Shown in pieces: positions 19,167 through 29,137 of a stretch of 64,000 nucleotides of DNA. The position numbers and the translations under genes are program-made. Position 1 is the first letter of the stretch; the number at the start of each line of letters is the position of its first letter. The stretch lies in IMG/VR virus record IMGVR_UViG_3300044620_000592, positions 32,001-96,000 of that record. The stretch is one strand, 5' to 3'. Source of the DNA: a virus. The notes below the pieces were generated by a model. That model did no database searches and had not been told where the DNA came from. It saw only the letters and a list, made by a program, of their open reading frames with translations.

Positions 19167-20589
19167 CCTTTGCTTGTGATGTTTGGTCTAGTTTAATATC
19201 AGAAATCAATTTATGAACATATTCTTCTGTTCCGTATGCTTTTATCATTTCTCTAGCCTTTTTTGCTGAGAGCAGTTTTTGACCTTGAGCGACATGGTAA
19301 AAATGAGGAACCAAAAACATTTCATAATTGACCGATGGGATATCATACAAGAAAGGAGGTCTCTCTTGCCATAGTTCTAAAAGATTTGTTAAATACCCTG
19401 GCTTCTTCATTAACTTTTGCTGTCTCCACATTGGGGTATCATCTCTATCTGAGATGTAATGAAGGGATATCATTGCCAATATATTTTCCATCATCATATT
19501 CATCTTATTGTTATAATCTTCTTCTATCTTCTTAGAGCCGTGATTATAAGTACTCAAGTTATGCATTAAGTATCTTGCTTGTTGGATTGTTGAGCCAATA
19601 GATGTTGCCTCAATAGGTTCAACAAAAGCAGCAGCAAGACCTACTGCTACGCAATTCTTTGACCAGAATTTCTTCAAGTGACCAGGATCAAATTTAAAAC
19701 TTCTTTTTGGTTCAACTTCACGACCTAAAAGTTCAGACACTTCTCTAACTGCTTGATCATCGGTGCAGTGATTTGAAGAATAGATATATCCATTACCCCT
19801 TCTGTCTTGAGTTGGTATTTCAAAGACCCATCCATTGGCTATTGCTCTTGCCCTTGTGTATGGTCTAATCTGACCGGAAGGGTCACTTTCAGTTGGGAAA
19901 GCTATTGCAGAATCCATTTGTAGATAATCTTTATAAGAAACCCATTCGGTATTGCCAATCTCTGACATCAGAGTTCTTTTAAAGCCTGTAGCGTCAATCC
20001 AGAAATCAGACTCAAAAGCCTCAAGATTATCTAGAACAACAGAATCGATATATCCACTTTCTGGATTTAAATTAACCTTAATCACTTCTGCGTCAATTAT
20101 TTTAATATTTCTAATAACGCACAATTCAGATAAATAATTATTCAAAGCAAAAGTATCAAAATGGAATTGATTTACTGATTGATGAGGATGGTTTGCATTT
20201 ATTTTATTTTCAATAATTCCTCTAGAGATCATATTTTCAGTCAGAGTTTTTCCGTCTTGGATCAATCCGTTATAGGCAGCATAATATCCAACAGGCTCAT
20301 GAACTTCAGTCCTTGAAACACTGTGGATATAGTCAGGGGTATGATTAGTCCAGTTCTCAAAACGAATACCGTATTTATGAGTAGCTCGCGATTTAACAAT
20401 CATCTCTCCAAGCGGAATATCGCAAATGTCCATAAACATGCGCCAGTGCTCAGTTGAGCCTTCGCCAACCCCAACTATGCCAATTTTAGAAGAAGATATC
20501 ATATTTATCTCCCTAAATGGGAATGCTTTTCTTAACATTAATGCAGTAACAAGCCCAGCCGTTCCGCTACCTACAATTGTTATTTTCAC
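19129..20589 (-). CDS. Flavin-dependent halogenase (tryptophan halogenase family)
   Basis: GSGTAG FAD motif, GVGEGS, catalytic-Lys region ATHKYGIRF, WVFEIP (WxWxIP variant), FVEPIEATSI. Confidence 0.9.
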   Translation of the reverse strand: MKITIVGSGTAGLVTALMLRKAFPFREINMISSSKIGIVGVGEGSTEHWRMFMDICDIPLGEMIVKSRATHKYGIRFENWTNHTPDYIHSVSRTEVHEPVGYYAAYNGLIQDGKTLTENMISRGIIENKINANHPHQSVNQFHFDTFALNNYLSELCVIRNIKIIDAEVIKVNLNPESGYIDSVVLDNLEAFESDFWIDATGFKRTLMSEIGNTEWVSYKDYLQMDSAIAFPTESDPSGQIRPYTRARAIANGWVFEIPTQDRRGNGYIYSSNHCTDDQAVREVSELLGREVEPKRSFKFDPGHLKKFWSKNCVAVGLAAAFVEPIEATSIGSTIQQARYLMHNLSTYNHGSKKIEEDYNNKMNMMMENILAMISLHYISDRDDTPMWRQQKLMKKPGYLTNLLELWQERPPFLYDIPSVNYEMFLVPHFYHVAQGQKLLSAKKAREMIKAYGTEEYVHKLISDIKLDQTSQAKVDHAEALRQIQI

Positions 20590-21638
20590 AAATAAATCAA
20601 CCTTTCTATTGCAAGATTTGGATCAATTGCATAATCATCTTTATTATAACCTTTCGGACCCCTTATATCTTCAAGAAGATCAAAAAACCCTTTGCTTTCT
20701 GTATCAATATCATTTGCAAAACAGAATTGGTATACAACCTGTTCACAAATTCTTTTTTCTTCTTCAAGAATAGAGGAGGGAATTTGTGGTTTTTGTGGAT
20801 GGTTTAAAAACAAAGTGTTCAGCGACTTATATCTGCATTTATTATAGATATATTCTTTAAGAGATTCAGGCTCTTCAAAATTTTCGAATGGAATACTGGC
20901 TGAAAAATCAATTCCTTTTATATACCTAGCCAACTGCATATCAGGCTGTGAGGAAAGAATCTCCTCAAGAGTCTCTTGAGGCATATCGAGAGATTCCAAA
21001 AGCTTAACGGCTGCTAGGGCGATTTCCTCTGTGTTGTTGAATGGTTCTTTAGTTGACTCTGCCCATTCATGGATTAATTTAAACATCCCAGAAAGAGTTC
21101 GTGAACCAGAATACAAACTATGATGATCTGCATTTTTATTTTCTGTAGCTGTTGTTTCAAGTCTTGCAATATGGCCAATACCGCTAAAGTTTAAAATATT
21201 AAAAACTTTGGTATATGTGTACTGATTAGGAGCTGGCTCAAATGTAATACCGCCATACCTACCTGCATCACACCTTGTAAAATTAAATCTATTCACTTCA
21301 CTTCCATAATTTGAAGGAACAACACCGGAATTGGCAAAAATATAAAAATTAAATTTATCTAAACTTTTATTATTAAAAGTAGTAGCGCAATCTTCATATG
21401 TTGTTAGTTCAATAGGTCTAATTTGTTCACCCTTCTTGAAAATACAGTCATGAAAACTAACTGTTGCAAGAGGGTGAAAAGCAACTATTGAACCATTACT
21501 TATCGAAAAAATTTCATAACCAGAATCAAGATTAATATATCCATCTGGGGTGTTGAATTGAACTTCAAAATCATCAGTTAGGTCAGTAAAAGCGTAATAG
21601 TAGTATTTTGTTAAATCAGCTTCAAAGATATTTTTCAT
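20586..21638 (-). CDS. Hypothetical protein (~350 aa)
   Basis: Long ORF overlapping neighbours in operon. Confidence 0.65.
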   Translation of the reverse strand: MKNIFEADLTKYYYYAFTDLTDDFEVQFNTPDGYINLDSGYEIFSISNGSIVAFHPLATVSFHDCIFKKGEQIRPIELTTYEDCATTFNNKSLDKFNFYIFANSGVVPSNYGSEVNRFNFTRCDAGRYGGITFEPAPNQYTYTKVFNILNFSGIGHIARLETTATENKNADHHSLYSGSRTLSGMFKLIHEWAESTKEPFNNTEEIALAAVKLLESLDMPQETLEEILSSQPDMQLARYIKGIDFSASIPFENFEEPESLKEYIYNKCRYKSLNTLFLNHPQKPQIPSSILEEEKRICEQVVYQFCFANDIDTESKGFFDLLEDIRGPKGYNKDDYAIDPNLAIERLIYL

Positions 21639-22234
21639 ATAAACCACATTACCATACTATATTTTATACCATTCGTAACAGGGTGAGCTATATGGGTATA
21701 AGGAAAATTAGATGGGAATAAAACTAGACTATTCTTTTCTAATTTAATAGTTTTATTAAAGTATGGGAATTCCAACTCTCCTCCTTCAAAATCCTCACCA
21801 AAACATGCAACAAGGCTTAAAACCCTCTGGTTCTCTGAGCTATGGTCATGATGTGCATGATATTGAGCATTATTCTCATATTTAAGAAGTTGCATTCCAT
21901 CTGCTCCTCTCAAGAATAAATCATAGGATTTTCTATAATCCCAAATACACTGGTCAATTGATAGAAAAATTTTCTTATAAGAATCAGAAATCTCTTTTAT
22001 ATCCTCTACAACTTCATCCTGCAGAAGCGGGGATAAGGGGGCTTCAAGAGAGCTTCTATGTTCTGACTCTTGGGTACCGTAGTCACCCCCATCGCCAGTT
22101 ATAGATCTTTTCCAATCAAGATAGGGCCAAGGTTGTTGCGCTTGTTCTTCGAATTTTTCTATGAAGTTCCCAACATCAAAATAGTTTTTGTAAATCCAAA
22201 CGGCTGGCATTTCTTCTATTTTTTCAATCAACAT
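21635..22234 (-). CDS. 2OG-Fe(II) oxygenase, prolyl-4-hydroxylase-like
   Basis: YHAHHD..FEGGELEF..LFPSNFPYTHIAHPV..GIKYS (HxD...H triad). Confidence 0.88.
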   Translation of the reverse strand: MLIEKIEEMPAVWIYKNYFDVGNFIEKFEEQAQQPWPYLDWKRSITGDGGDYGTQESEHRSSLEAPLSPLLQDEVVEDIKEISDSYKKIFLSIDQCIWDYRKSYDLFLRGADGMQLLKYENNAQYHAHHDHSSENQRVLSLVACFGEDFEGGELEFPYFNKTIKLEKNSLVLFPSNFPYTHIAHPVTNGIKYSMVMWFI

Positions 22235-22625
22235 TATAACTAAAACTTTCTAATATGTTATTATTTTGAATAATATTACAATTCTTAATTCCACTAAGGT
22301 TCTCTAAAATTAAGAATCTAGCTTTATGCTTTTCACAAAGAATAGGTCTATATTCAACTTTATTTACTTCTAATAAAATACCTTTATTAAATGAAATAAA
22401 ATCATTTTCATAAGATACTACTTGATGAAAATGTTTTTTTGCATTTTTATTATAAAAAATATAATTATTTTCTGGGACTTCCAGCACTTGAGATTTGGTT
22501 CTATCAAAATCTAGATTTTTAATTCCATCAAAAAGACCAATGTTTACTGGTAGATTATTGTCTTTAGCCAATATTTGCGCTTCAGCAATATTAGATTCGT
22601 TTGGACAAAAAATTATCCTTCTCAT
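22224..22625 (-). CDS. Hypothetical protein
   Basis: 133 aa ORF in operon. Confidence 0.55.
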   Translation of the reverse strand: MRRIIFCPNESNIAEAQILAKDNNLPVNIGLFDGIKNLDFDRTKSQVLEVPENNYIFYNKNAKKHFHQVVSYENDFISFNKGILLEVNKVEYRPILCEKHKARFLILENLSGIKNCNIIQNNNILESFSYNVD

Positions 22626-22626
22626 T

Positions 22627-22860
22627 TTAAAGGTTCGAAATTTTCTCTTTAATTAAGTTATAGCGATTGTACAAAGTAAACAAGCGATACTCATTGCTTG
22701 GCGCTTCTCTTTCTGAGAGGGTACTTATTAGTGATTGGTCATAAGTATCAGGATCTTCACCAATGCTTAAAATTAAATTATAAATACTCATTTCAAGACC
22801 GGTTAAGGTAGATTCAAGAGCTTGCCTTTTTTGCTCATTTGTTAGTGAAAAATTAATCAT
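22627..22860 (-). CDS. Hypothetical protein
   Basis: 77 aa with SD (GGAG). Confidence 0.6.
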   Translation of the reverse strand: MINFSLTNEQKRQALESTLTGLEMSIYNLILSIGEDPDTYDQSLISTLSEREAPSNEYRLFTLYNRYNLIKEKISNL

Positions 22861-22868
22861 TATTACTC

Positions 22869-24392
22869 CTATGCGTTAAGAATGGTAAGAACAGTTCCAT
22901 CACTACCAGACACTCCACTAAGTGTACCACCAGAAACGCTTGTTGTCACGCTTACTGGCTGGGTTTCTGTTAGGATAAGAATTCCTCCACCACCGCCAGA
23001 TCGACCATTGGCACCTGCTGTTGTTGATCCATTTGTTCCGGAAGTTCCTGCAGATCCTGCAGAGCCTCCAGCGCCACCAGATACAGGAAAATGCCCAGTG
23101 TGTCTTGCTGAACCAGCATAGCGATAATCATCATTGCTATGAACACCTTGTTGGTCGTGCCTTCCTCTAGCCTGATGTCCTCCATCTACAGGGTTTCCTT
23201 TAAAATCTACATGGTCTGGGCAGTTGTCATGCTCATGATAATAAACTTCAAAAATTGCTCCGCTTGTGTGAGCATGGTTGTAGGCTGTCCCCCCGCTGTG
23301 ACCGAATGGACCTCCGATTGTATGGTTTAAACCATTTTGATGGAAATAATCAGAAGCCGAAGCTCGCGGATAATGTGTCGTTGAAGCATGCCCATAGGCG
23401 GGAGAAGAACCCCCATGATGATTAGCAGGGTAAAGACATGTAGCGCCATGATGAGTTGTTGTCCAATAACCAAATGCATGATTTGATTGTATAGCGGAGA
23501 CAGGAGTGGTCGGTAATGCAGGGGCGGGAGTGCTGGCATGTGCCCCATGTACACCATCACCAGTTCTGTAATGGGCAATGTTGTCAGTAGTGTAAGAAAG
23601 ATGTTCAGTTGGAGCTGCTGACCCCGGACTTCCTGCTGCTCCATTTGTTGCGCCCGTTCCGGTAGCAGATGAGCCTCCTGTTGAAGCATTTGAACCTCTA
23701 GACATGATAGTACCAGAGCCAGTAATTAATTTGGCAATGACAACAACAACACCGCCCCCTCTTGCTCCTAATCCGCCTGCTGCGGCTGGAGGCGTTGAAC
23801 CAGCAACGCCGTTTGTTCCAGGGGTTCCTGCAGATCCAGGACCGCCAGGTGCCAGTGCATTTCTATTAAGAGTGCCTGCCCCCCCTGGACCTCCTGAAGT
23901 CGCACCAGAGCCATTAGCAGCAGGAGTAACTGTTCCAGCAGCACCAGTTTCTCCACCTGCACCACCTGTGAAAGCATTGAAGTTTCCAGATGCACTTACA
24001 TGACCACCATTTAAAATATTTTCAACATAAGCGCGAACGCTTGAGGAAACTTGTGATGCTGTGTATGTTACACCAGCAGCATTTCCTCCAATTGAGTTTG
24101 TTGTACTTGTTGCAAGAGGAGTTGTTCCAGCAACTGTGCCAGTATTAACAGTTGCTCCAGTATCAATTCCAATAGTTCCATTAAGAGTCAATGTGTTTTT
24201 TACAAAGACTTTAAAACCATTTGTGTTAAGATGAACACTATTGTTTACTGTTAAATTATCGTAATACATATCTCTAGTAAGAGATGTATTTGAGGCAATT
24301 ACAACGGTGCCATCTTGACCGCCTCCATACACAGAGTCATTACCAATTCTTTGAACTTTTGCCGGTGAGTTGTATCTTTCTATGCCAGTCAT
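22869..24392 (-). CDS. Gly-rich virion fibre-like protein with His-rich insert
   Basis: YGGGQDGTVVI..YYDNLTV..TNGFKVFVK N-terminus, GGGVVVVIA and GGGGGILI glycine-rich folds, ~24 His in ~175 aa. Confidence 0.7.
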   Translation of the reverse strand: MTGIERYNSPAKVQRIGNDSVYGGGQDGTVVIASNTSLTRDMYYDNLTVNNSVHLNTNGFKVFVKNTLTLNGTIGIDTGATVNTGTVAGTTPLATSTTNSIGGNAAGVTYTASQVSSSVRAYVENILNGGHVSASGNFNAFTGGAGGETGAAGTVTPAANGSGATSGGPGGAGTLNRNALAPGGPGSAGTPGTNGVAGSTPPAAAGGLGARGGGVVVVIAKLITGSGTIMSRGSNASTGGSSATGTGATNGAAGSPGSAAPTEHLSYTTDNIAHYRTGDGVHGAHASTPAPALPTTPVSAIQSNHAFGYWTTTHHGATCLYPANHHGGSSPAYGHASTTHYPRASASDYFHQNGLNHTIGGPFGHSGGTAYNHAHTSGAIFEVYYHEHDNCPDHVDFKGNPVDGGHQARGRHDQQGVHSNDDYRYAGSARHTGHFPVSGGAGGSAGSAGTSGTNGSTTAGANGRSGGGGGILILTETQPVSVTTSVSGGTLSGVSGSDGTVLTILNA

Positions 24393-24393
24393 A

Positions 24394-25143
24394 TTAAACC
24401 AATTGAGAGTATATCACTGTACCATTGGCACAACCTGTACCACCTGTAACATCAGTTGTAAGACCTGATGGCAATGTTGCACCACTGGAAATAACGATTA
24501 TTACTCCACCGCCTCCTCCACCACTGCCAGCTAAGCCAGCAGCGTCAAAATAAGATGTAGCAGTTGCAGAGATATAACGAGATGCAATAATTAGAACTCC
24601 ACCACCTGCACCGCTAGAACCACCTGCACCACCTCTTAAGAACAGCGGGGTTGTATTGCTTGCATTAAGTACATAGCCTCTTACAGATTGAGTTGGCTGA
24701 TACCAATACCCTGTAAGAGTCGCTGAGTTTGCCAAGTCAGGCTTTACACCAGTGCCTCCTTGTGCAACGGTTGGAGGAGTTGCAGTTTGAGATGCGCTGT
24801 TACCGCCAAGACTATTGGTAACAGCCGTGTTAGTAGCACCGCCTCCTGAAATCGTTCCAGTTCCTGAGAAGCCAGTTGTCATCGTGTAATTATTCGCCGT
24901 TCCAACTCCGATAGTAGAGTTGGAGTTAAGTGTTAAAAGATTCTTTACAAAAACTCTATAACCAGCAGTGTTTAAAACAACATCAGAGTTGACAGTAAGA
25001 TTGTAATAAAACTTATCAGTTGTCAATGTTGTATTAGCAGAAATTGTTACTGTCCCATCAGAGCCAGTTCCATAAATTGGGTCTGGGGCATCGATAAATG
25101 ATCCAAAAGCGTTTAAAGCAGGGAACCTAGATATACCGGCCAT
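24394..25143 (-). CDS. Gly-rich virion protein, paralog of downstream gene
   Basis: YGTGSDGTVTI..YYNLTV..TAGYRVFVK; GGGGGGVIIVI. Confidence 0.7.
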   Translation of the reverse strand: MAGISRFPALNAFGSFIDAPDPIYGTGSDGTVTISANTTLTTDKFYYNLTVNSDVVLNTAGYRVFVKNLLTLNSNSTIGVGTANNYTMTTGFSGTGTISGGGATNTAVTNSLGGNSASQTATPPTVAQGGTGVKPDLANSATLTGYWYQPTQSVRGYVLNASNTTPLFLRGGAGGSSGAGGGVLIIASRYISATATSYFDAAGLAGSGGGGGGVIIVISSGATLPSGLTTDVTGGTGCANGTVIYSQLV

Positions 25144-25502
25144 TATGACTCCTCAACTCCAAAGATTGTCACATTCAATGCAGAGTTTGCAGAGCATAGG
25201 AATGTAATCTGATCACTTGTTGTATTGCTTGCCGTGTTACCATTATTGATTAAAACCATCGAGCAGTTAAAAGCAAGAGTTTCATTAGCATTAATAGTAA
25301 TATTGCTTAAGATATCGTGAGTATTCGCCTCAGCAACATTGAGGGGTTTTAAACGGATTGTTGCAGTTCTTGCAGATGCTGTTGTATTTGTAATAAGAAT
25401 TTGTTTAACGATTGTGGTTGTGTTAAGAGGGACAGTATAAGCAACAGCAGTAACTGTTGATATTTGTGTTGGGCCAGCTAATCTTTTCTGAATTACAGCC
25501 AT
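25143..25502 (-). CDS. Small beta-sandwich virion protein
   Basis: YTVP..TTIVKQILITN..VTIFGVE; similar to 30834..31166. Confidence 0.6.
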   Translation of the reverse strand: MAVIQKRLAGPTQISTVTAVAYTVPLNTTTIVKQILITNTTASARTATIRLKPLNVAEANTHDILSNITINANETLAFNCSMVLINNGNTASNTTSDQITFLCSANSALNVTIFGVEES

Positions 25503-26305
25503 TATATAACCTCCATATAGAATCTGATCATGTTGTCACGAACAGTATTTCTATTTACCCATAAACTACCATTATACTCCAAAACCTCTCCAGAAGATGG
25601 GGAATCGATGCTCACATCATGCATCCATTCAAGGTGATTATTTCCCGGAAGGACTCTGATAACTATTTGACCATTTGAGCTGCCAATGATTGTTACAAAG
25701 GCAACTGCGAAATCATGCTGTGGTTTTACTTTTGTTAATTTTCCTGCAACAGTTGGGTGAGCATAAAGAATATCTCCGGCAGCCCATGTTTCATCTCCAA
25801 CAGCAAGACCGCTAGATACAGTTCCTCTTGTGTCCAAACCACGCAATGTCCCAAAGCTCATTACTTCACCACTTTGACCATCCGTCAAGGTTTGAGTAAG
25901 AATTCCTATTGCCCTAAGTTCCGAATTTTCTGTTCCCGTTGTTTCAAAGGGGACTATGTTAATTCTTCCACTGCCTTCTGCTCCATTAGCGGAAACAAAA
26001 GTTCCTTTTACAATTGTTGAACCACTATCATTCCGAACAAGAAAGGTATTTGGGATACTACTGTTGACCCATTCTGTACCGTCATACATCAGACCTTGAT
26101 AAGTCAAAGGAGTATCTATTACAACATCTGTTAGTTCATCAAGTAACGATGCACCGCCCGAACTTCCGAACTCAACAATTGTATTAGAACTATTTTTATA
26201 ATAAAGTTTTCCATCAGCATAGTTAAGACCCAACTCACCGAATTCAAGGGAAGAGGGGACATTAGAAGCGGTACCTGAATTTTTAATTTTAATGGTATTA
26301 GCCAT
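25502..26305 (-). CDS. Fibre/decoration protein (Mtd/hyaluronidase-type N-terminus)
   Basis: MANTIKIK..PSSLEFGELGLNYADGKLY; LDELTDV repeats. Confidence 0.65.
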   Translation of the reverse strand: MANTIKIKNSGTASNVPSSLEFGELGLNYADGKLYYKNSSNTIVEFGSSGGASLLDELTDVVIDTPLTYQGLMYDGTEWVNSSIPNTFLVRNDSGSTIVKGTFVSANGAEGSGRINIVPFETTGTENSELRAIGILTQTLTDGQSGEVMSFGTLRGLDTRGTVSSGLAVGDETWAAGDILYAHPTVAGKLTKVKPQHDFAVAFVTIIGSSNGQIVIRVLPGNNHLEWMHDVSIDSPSSGEVLEYNGSLWVNRNTVRDNMIRFYMEVI

Positions 26306-26317
26306 TACTTCCTCCTA

Positions 26318-27415
26318 CTAGAAAGTACCGCCATCTACTGTATCAGACCATGCAGGTACACCTGCTACAACTTTTAAGAACTGACCTGTTGTTCCGATTC
26401 CAAGATTAGAAAGGGTGTTCCCAGATGAGGAGTAAAGTAAATCACCAGTTGTGTAAGAAGTAAGACCAGTACCACCAGATGTTGAAGCAATTGCTGTGCC
26501 ATTCCATACACCAGTCACAATAGTGCCAAGTGTAGTCAAACTTGAGTATATGACTCCTGACCCTAAAGTTGTATTTGAAAGAACTGAAGTTCCAGCGATT
26601 TCGTAAACTTTTCCTGCAACGAGATTTAAATCTTCAGATGAAGTCCATGCGTCTGTTGCATCAACCCAGTTGAAGGTTTTGTTTGTTGCGCCAAGAATTG
26701 TAATACCAGCGCCATCAGCCGTTGTATCTGTTGGAGTAGCAACATTTGCAAGAACAATATTCTTATCCTCAACAACCAGAGTTGCGGTATTAAGAGTTGT
26801 TGTATTCCCATTAACAATCAAGTCTCCTGTAACGGTAAGTGTATTTCCAATTGTTACATCATCTGGAAGACCAATTGTTACAGCACCAGTCCAAGGACCA
26901 GTGCCAGTGCCAGAGACAGTAACTTCATTTGATGTTCCTGTGACTGATGTAACAGCAGCTGTTCCAAGATCGCTAATTTGTGAACCAGTAATTGAAATCG
27001 TTGTATTACCAGCAGCAGTTAGACGACCATCTCCTTGTACAGTGAATGTAGCAACAGTATTTGCACTACCATAAGAACCGACTGTGACTGCTGTATTGCC
27101 AAGAGTAACTCCAGAAATTGCATTGTCAACATAAAGTTTTGTTGCAGCATGAGTGTTTGCTGTTGGAGTAGGTACAAGAACAAGACCATTGAAAGTCTTA
27201 TTTCCTGATACTGTTTGAACACCAGAGAGGGTCAAATATGCGCCTGCACCACCAATTGCCTCTACTGTTGTAGCAGTGCCTCCTGCACCGCCTGAACCTT
27301 TACCGTAGTAAAGAACATCATCTACTTCGTTATATGCAAGCTCTGCATTCTCTAACGAACCTGGAGCCCCAGCATTACCGGAGCCTCTTCTTTTAATTCT
27401 AATTGTATTTGCCAT
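26318..27415 (-). CDS. Tail/neck fibre protein
   Basis: MANTIRIKR..LENAELAYN; HAATKLYVD; GDLIVNGNTTTLNT..VEDKNIVL; ends DGGTF. Confidence 0.7.
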   Translation of the reverse strand: MANTIRIKRRGSGNAGAPGSLENAELAYNEVDDVLYYGKGSGGAGGTATTVEAIGGAGAYLTLSGVQTVSGNKTFNGLVLVPTPTANTHAATKLYVDNAISGVTLGNTAVTVGSYGSANTVATFTVQGDGRLTAAGNTTISITGSQISDLGTAAVTSVTGTSNEVTVSGTGTGPWTGAVTIGLPDDVTIGNTLTVTGDLIVNGNTTTLNTATLVVEDKNIVLANVATPTDTTADGAGITILGATNKTFNWVDATDAWTSSEDLNLVAGKVYEIAGTSVLSNTTLGSGVIYSSLTTLGTIVTGVWNGTAIASTSGGTGLTSYTTGDLLYSSSGNTLSNLGIGTTGQFLKVVAGVPAWSDTVDGGTF

Positions 27416-27690
27416 TAATAATTTCCTCCGTCTAATAGCGTGTTTGCAATTGAGTGAACATGGTCACTTCTGCTAAACAGGGTTGACACCCCAGAAGAAG
27501 CTGCTCTTGCAATATCCGCTGGATCTCCACCACTTAAAAAAGGCTCACCACCCAAAACGATTGTTGCGGGGGCGGCCAAAACTGTTGTAACCTCAGATGA
27601 CTGAACACTAAGCGCAGTGATATCTGATTCTGAAATTGTTACATTGGTAATATCACCAGACGTAACAGTTACATAGGTAACTTCACCCAT
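27415..27690 (-). CDS. Small structural protein
   Basis: Start re-called at MGEVTYV; SRSDHVH and DGGNY motifs. Confidence 0.55.
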   Translation of the reverse strand: MGEVTYVTVTSGDITNVTISESDITALSVQSSEVTTVLAAPATIVLGGEPFLSGGDPADIARAASSGVSTLFSRSDHVHSIANTLLDGGNY

Positions 27691-28015
27691 GATTAACCTC
27701 TCTTGAAACAACTGCTGTTCCACTTATCAAAGTGGTTACAATTGAACCGTTAAGCTCTTGCAAGTCATAAATATATGAACCAGCATCTATGTTAGATGTT
27801 TGCTCTGGAGTTAAACTAAATGTTAAAACACCGTTAGCAGCATTTGTAATTGCCGTTGTGAATGTTACAGCAGTATCTGAAGACTTACTCTTCCTAAGTT
27901 GAGCAGTATATACACGCCCTGTTATATTAATAGCAGTATTACTACTATTTCTAATCCTTAATTCGTGGAGATATGTATCTCCTTGATATATACTAATTTC
28001 TCTTTTAGCAGCCAT
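27683..28015 (-). CDS. Ig-like/baseplate-type small virion protein
   Basis: ISIYQGDTY..SLTPEQT..YIYDLQ. Confidence 0.6.
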   Translation of the reverse strand: MAAKREISIYQGDTYLHELRIRNSSNTAINITGRVYTAQLRKSKSSDTAVTFTTAITNAANGVLTFSLTPEQTSNIDAGSYIYDLQELNGSIVTTLISGTAVVSREVNHG

Positions 28016-28017
28016 CG

Positions 28018-28098
28018 TTAGCAGTCACATTCCTCGCAACCACAATCGCATTGGTCAACACACTCACAACCGCAAGCACATGTTTTGTTTCTAGACAT
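28018..28098 (-). CDS. Metallothionein-like Cys-rich micropeptide (26 aa, 9 Cys)
   Basis: SD AGGAG then MSRNKTCACGCECVDQCDCGCEECDC*; fills the intergenic gap exactly. Confidence 0.7.
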   Translation of the reverse strand: MSRNKTCACGCECVDQCDCGCEECDC

Positions 28099-28110
28099 AG
28101 AATCTCCTAA

Positions 28111-28644
28111 TTAAGCAGCACCAGGCTTAGGCAATGCTCTCCAAGCTGCTTCAAACTTTGCAGCGTCTTTTGCCATCTCTGGAGAAAGCTCTAAATGTAA
28201 CCACTTCCCTCCAAAACTACCAGCATTATCAGACTCGGTAAAAATTTTTACCCCAGCCTCATTCTCACCTCTTGAGCACCTAAATCCGCGACCATACCCT
28301 TGATTCTTGTCCTTAGGGTTTGCATCAAATGCATAGTCATGAATTTCTTCAATACCTAACTCTTTAGTGTACTTAATGAACCAGTTCCACATTTCGACTC
28401 CAACTTTACGGTCTTTGTAGCCGATGTCGCATGCTGCACCAGTTGCGTGAACGCTCAGGAATTTCTCCATGCCTGGGTCGCCAATCTTTTTACCAGCGGT
28501 CTTGGAATTTCTCATCAATCTTGGGACATAAATCCCCATGTTGGAAGTTTTCCATCTTTTTCCACAAAGTTCAACTAACTTCTGGGTTCCAGGCTGTGCG
28601 CCCTTACCATCAAAACTTGGATAATAGCTATACTTTCTTGGCAT
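28111..28644 (-). CDS. Endolysin-like Zn peptidase (M15/LAS fold)
   Basis: R..SVHATGAACD..WLHLE (H-x6-D...HxE-type ligands); next to holin-like genes. Confidence 0.7.
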   Translation of the reverse strand: MPRKYSYYPSFDGKGAQPGTQKLVELCGKRWKTSNMGIYVPRLMRNSKTAGKKIGDPGMEKFLSVHATGAACDIGYKDRKVGVEMWNWFIKYTKELGIEEIHDYAFDANPKDKNQGYGRGFRCSRGENEAGVKIFTESDNAGSFGGKWLHLELSPEMAKDAAKFEAAWRALPKPGAA

Positions 28645-28844
28645 TATTTACCAGCCTTGACTTTACCAAATGCTAAATCATTTGGGTTTACATAGCGTAA
28701 AATCACTGGAAGAGCTGCAGCCCAGAGTGCGTTTGCAGCCATCTTTACATCACCGGTTGAAACATAGACAGCAACAGCTGCGCCTAAAACACTTCTACCG
28801 TAGGAGGCAATCATTGCCTTATTTTCTTCTGAAATCTTAATCAT
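28644..28844 (-). CDS. Holin-like protein
   Basis: 66 aa; SYGRSVLGAA..PVILRYVNPNDLAFG. Confidence 0.65.
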   Translation of the reverse strand: MIKISEENKAMIASYGRSVLGAAVAVYVSTGDVKMAANALWAAALPVILRYVNPNDLAFGKVKAGK

Positions 28845-28894
28845 AAAATTCTCCTTTGCGGCCTAAAACCACTTATTTACAGTATACATTAGTC

Positions 28895-29137
28895 TCATTC
28901 TTCAGGCTTACTTTTTGCCTTGCTGAATATTGACTCAATTTCATCTTCAGATAACTTTCCGTCATCAAGAAAGGCATTTGCAAGACCTTCTACGACTTTA
29001 GCAACACCGCCAATTCCGGCCATAAAAATAGCCTTTGGCAAGCTAACGCCAGCAACAGCACCAGCGCCAATAACGCCAAGACCTGATGCACCGAAAACAG
29101 CAAGTATTCTCAATAGGATATTATTTACACTAGACAT
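28895..29137 (-). CDS. Holin-like membrane protein
   Basis: 80 aa; two hydrophobic helices then FLDDGKLSEDEI. Confidence 0.55.
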   Translation of the reverse strand: MSSVNNILLRILAVFGASGLGVIGAGAVAGVSLPKAIFMAGIGGVAKVVEGLANAFLDDGKLSEDEIESIFSKAKSKPEE

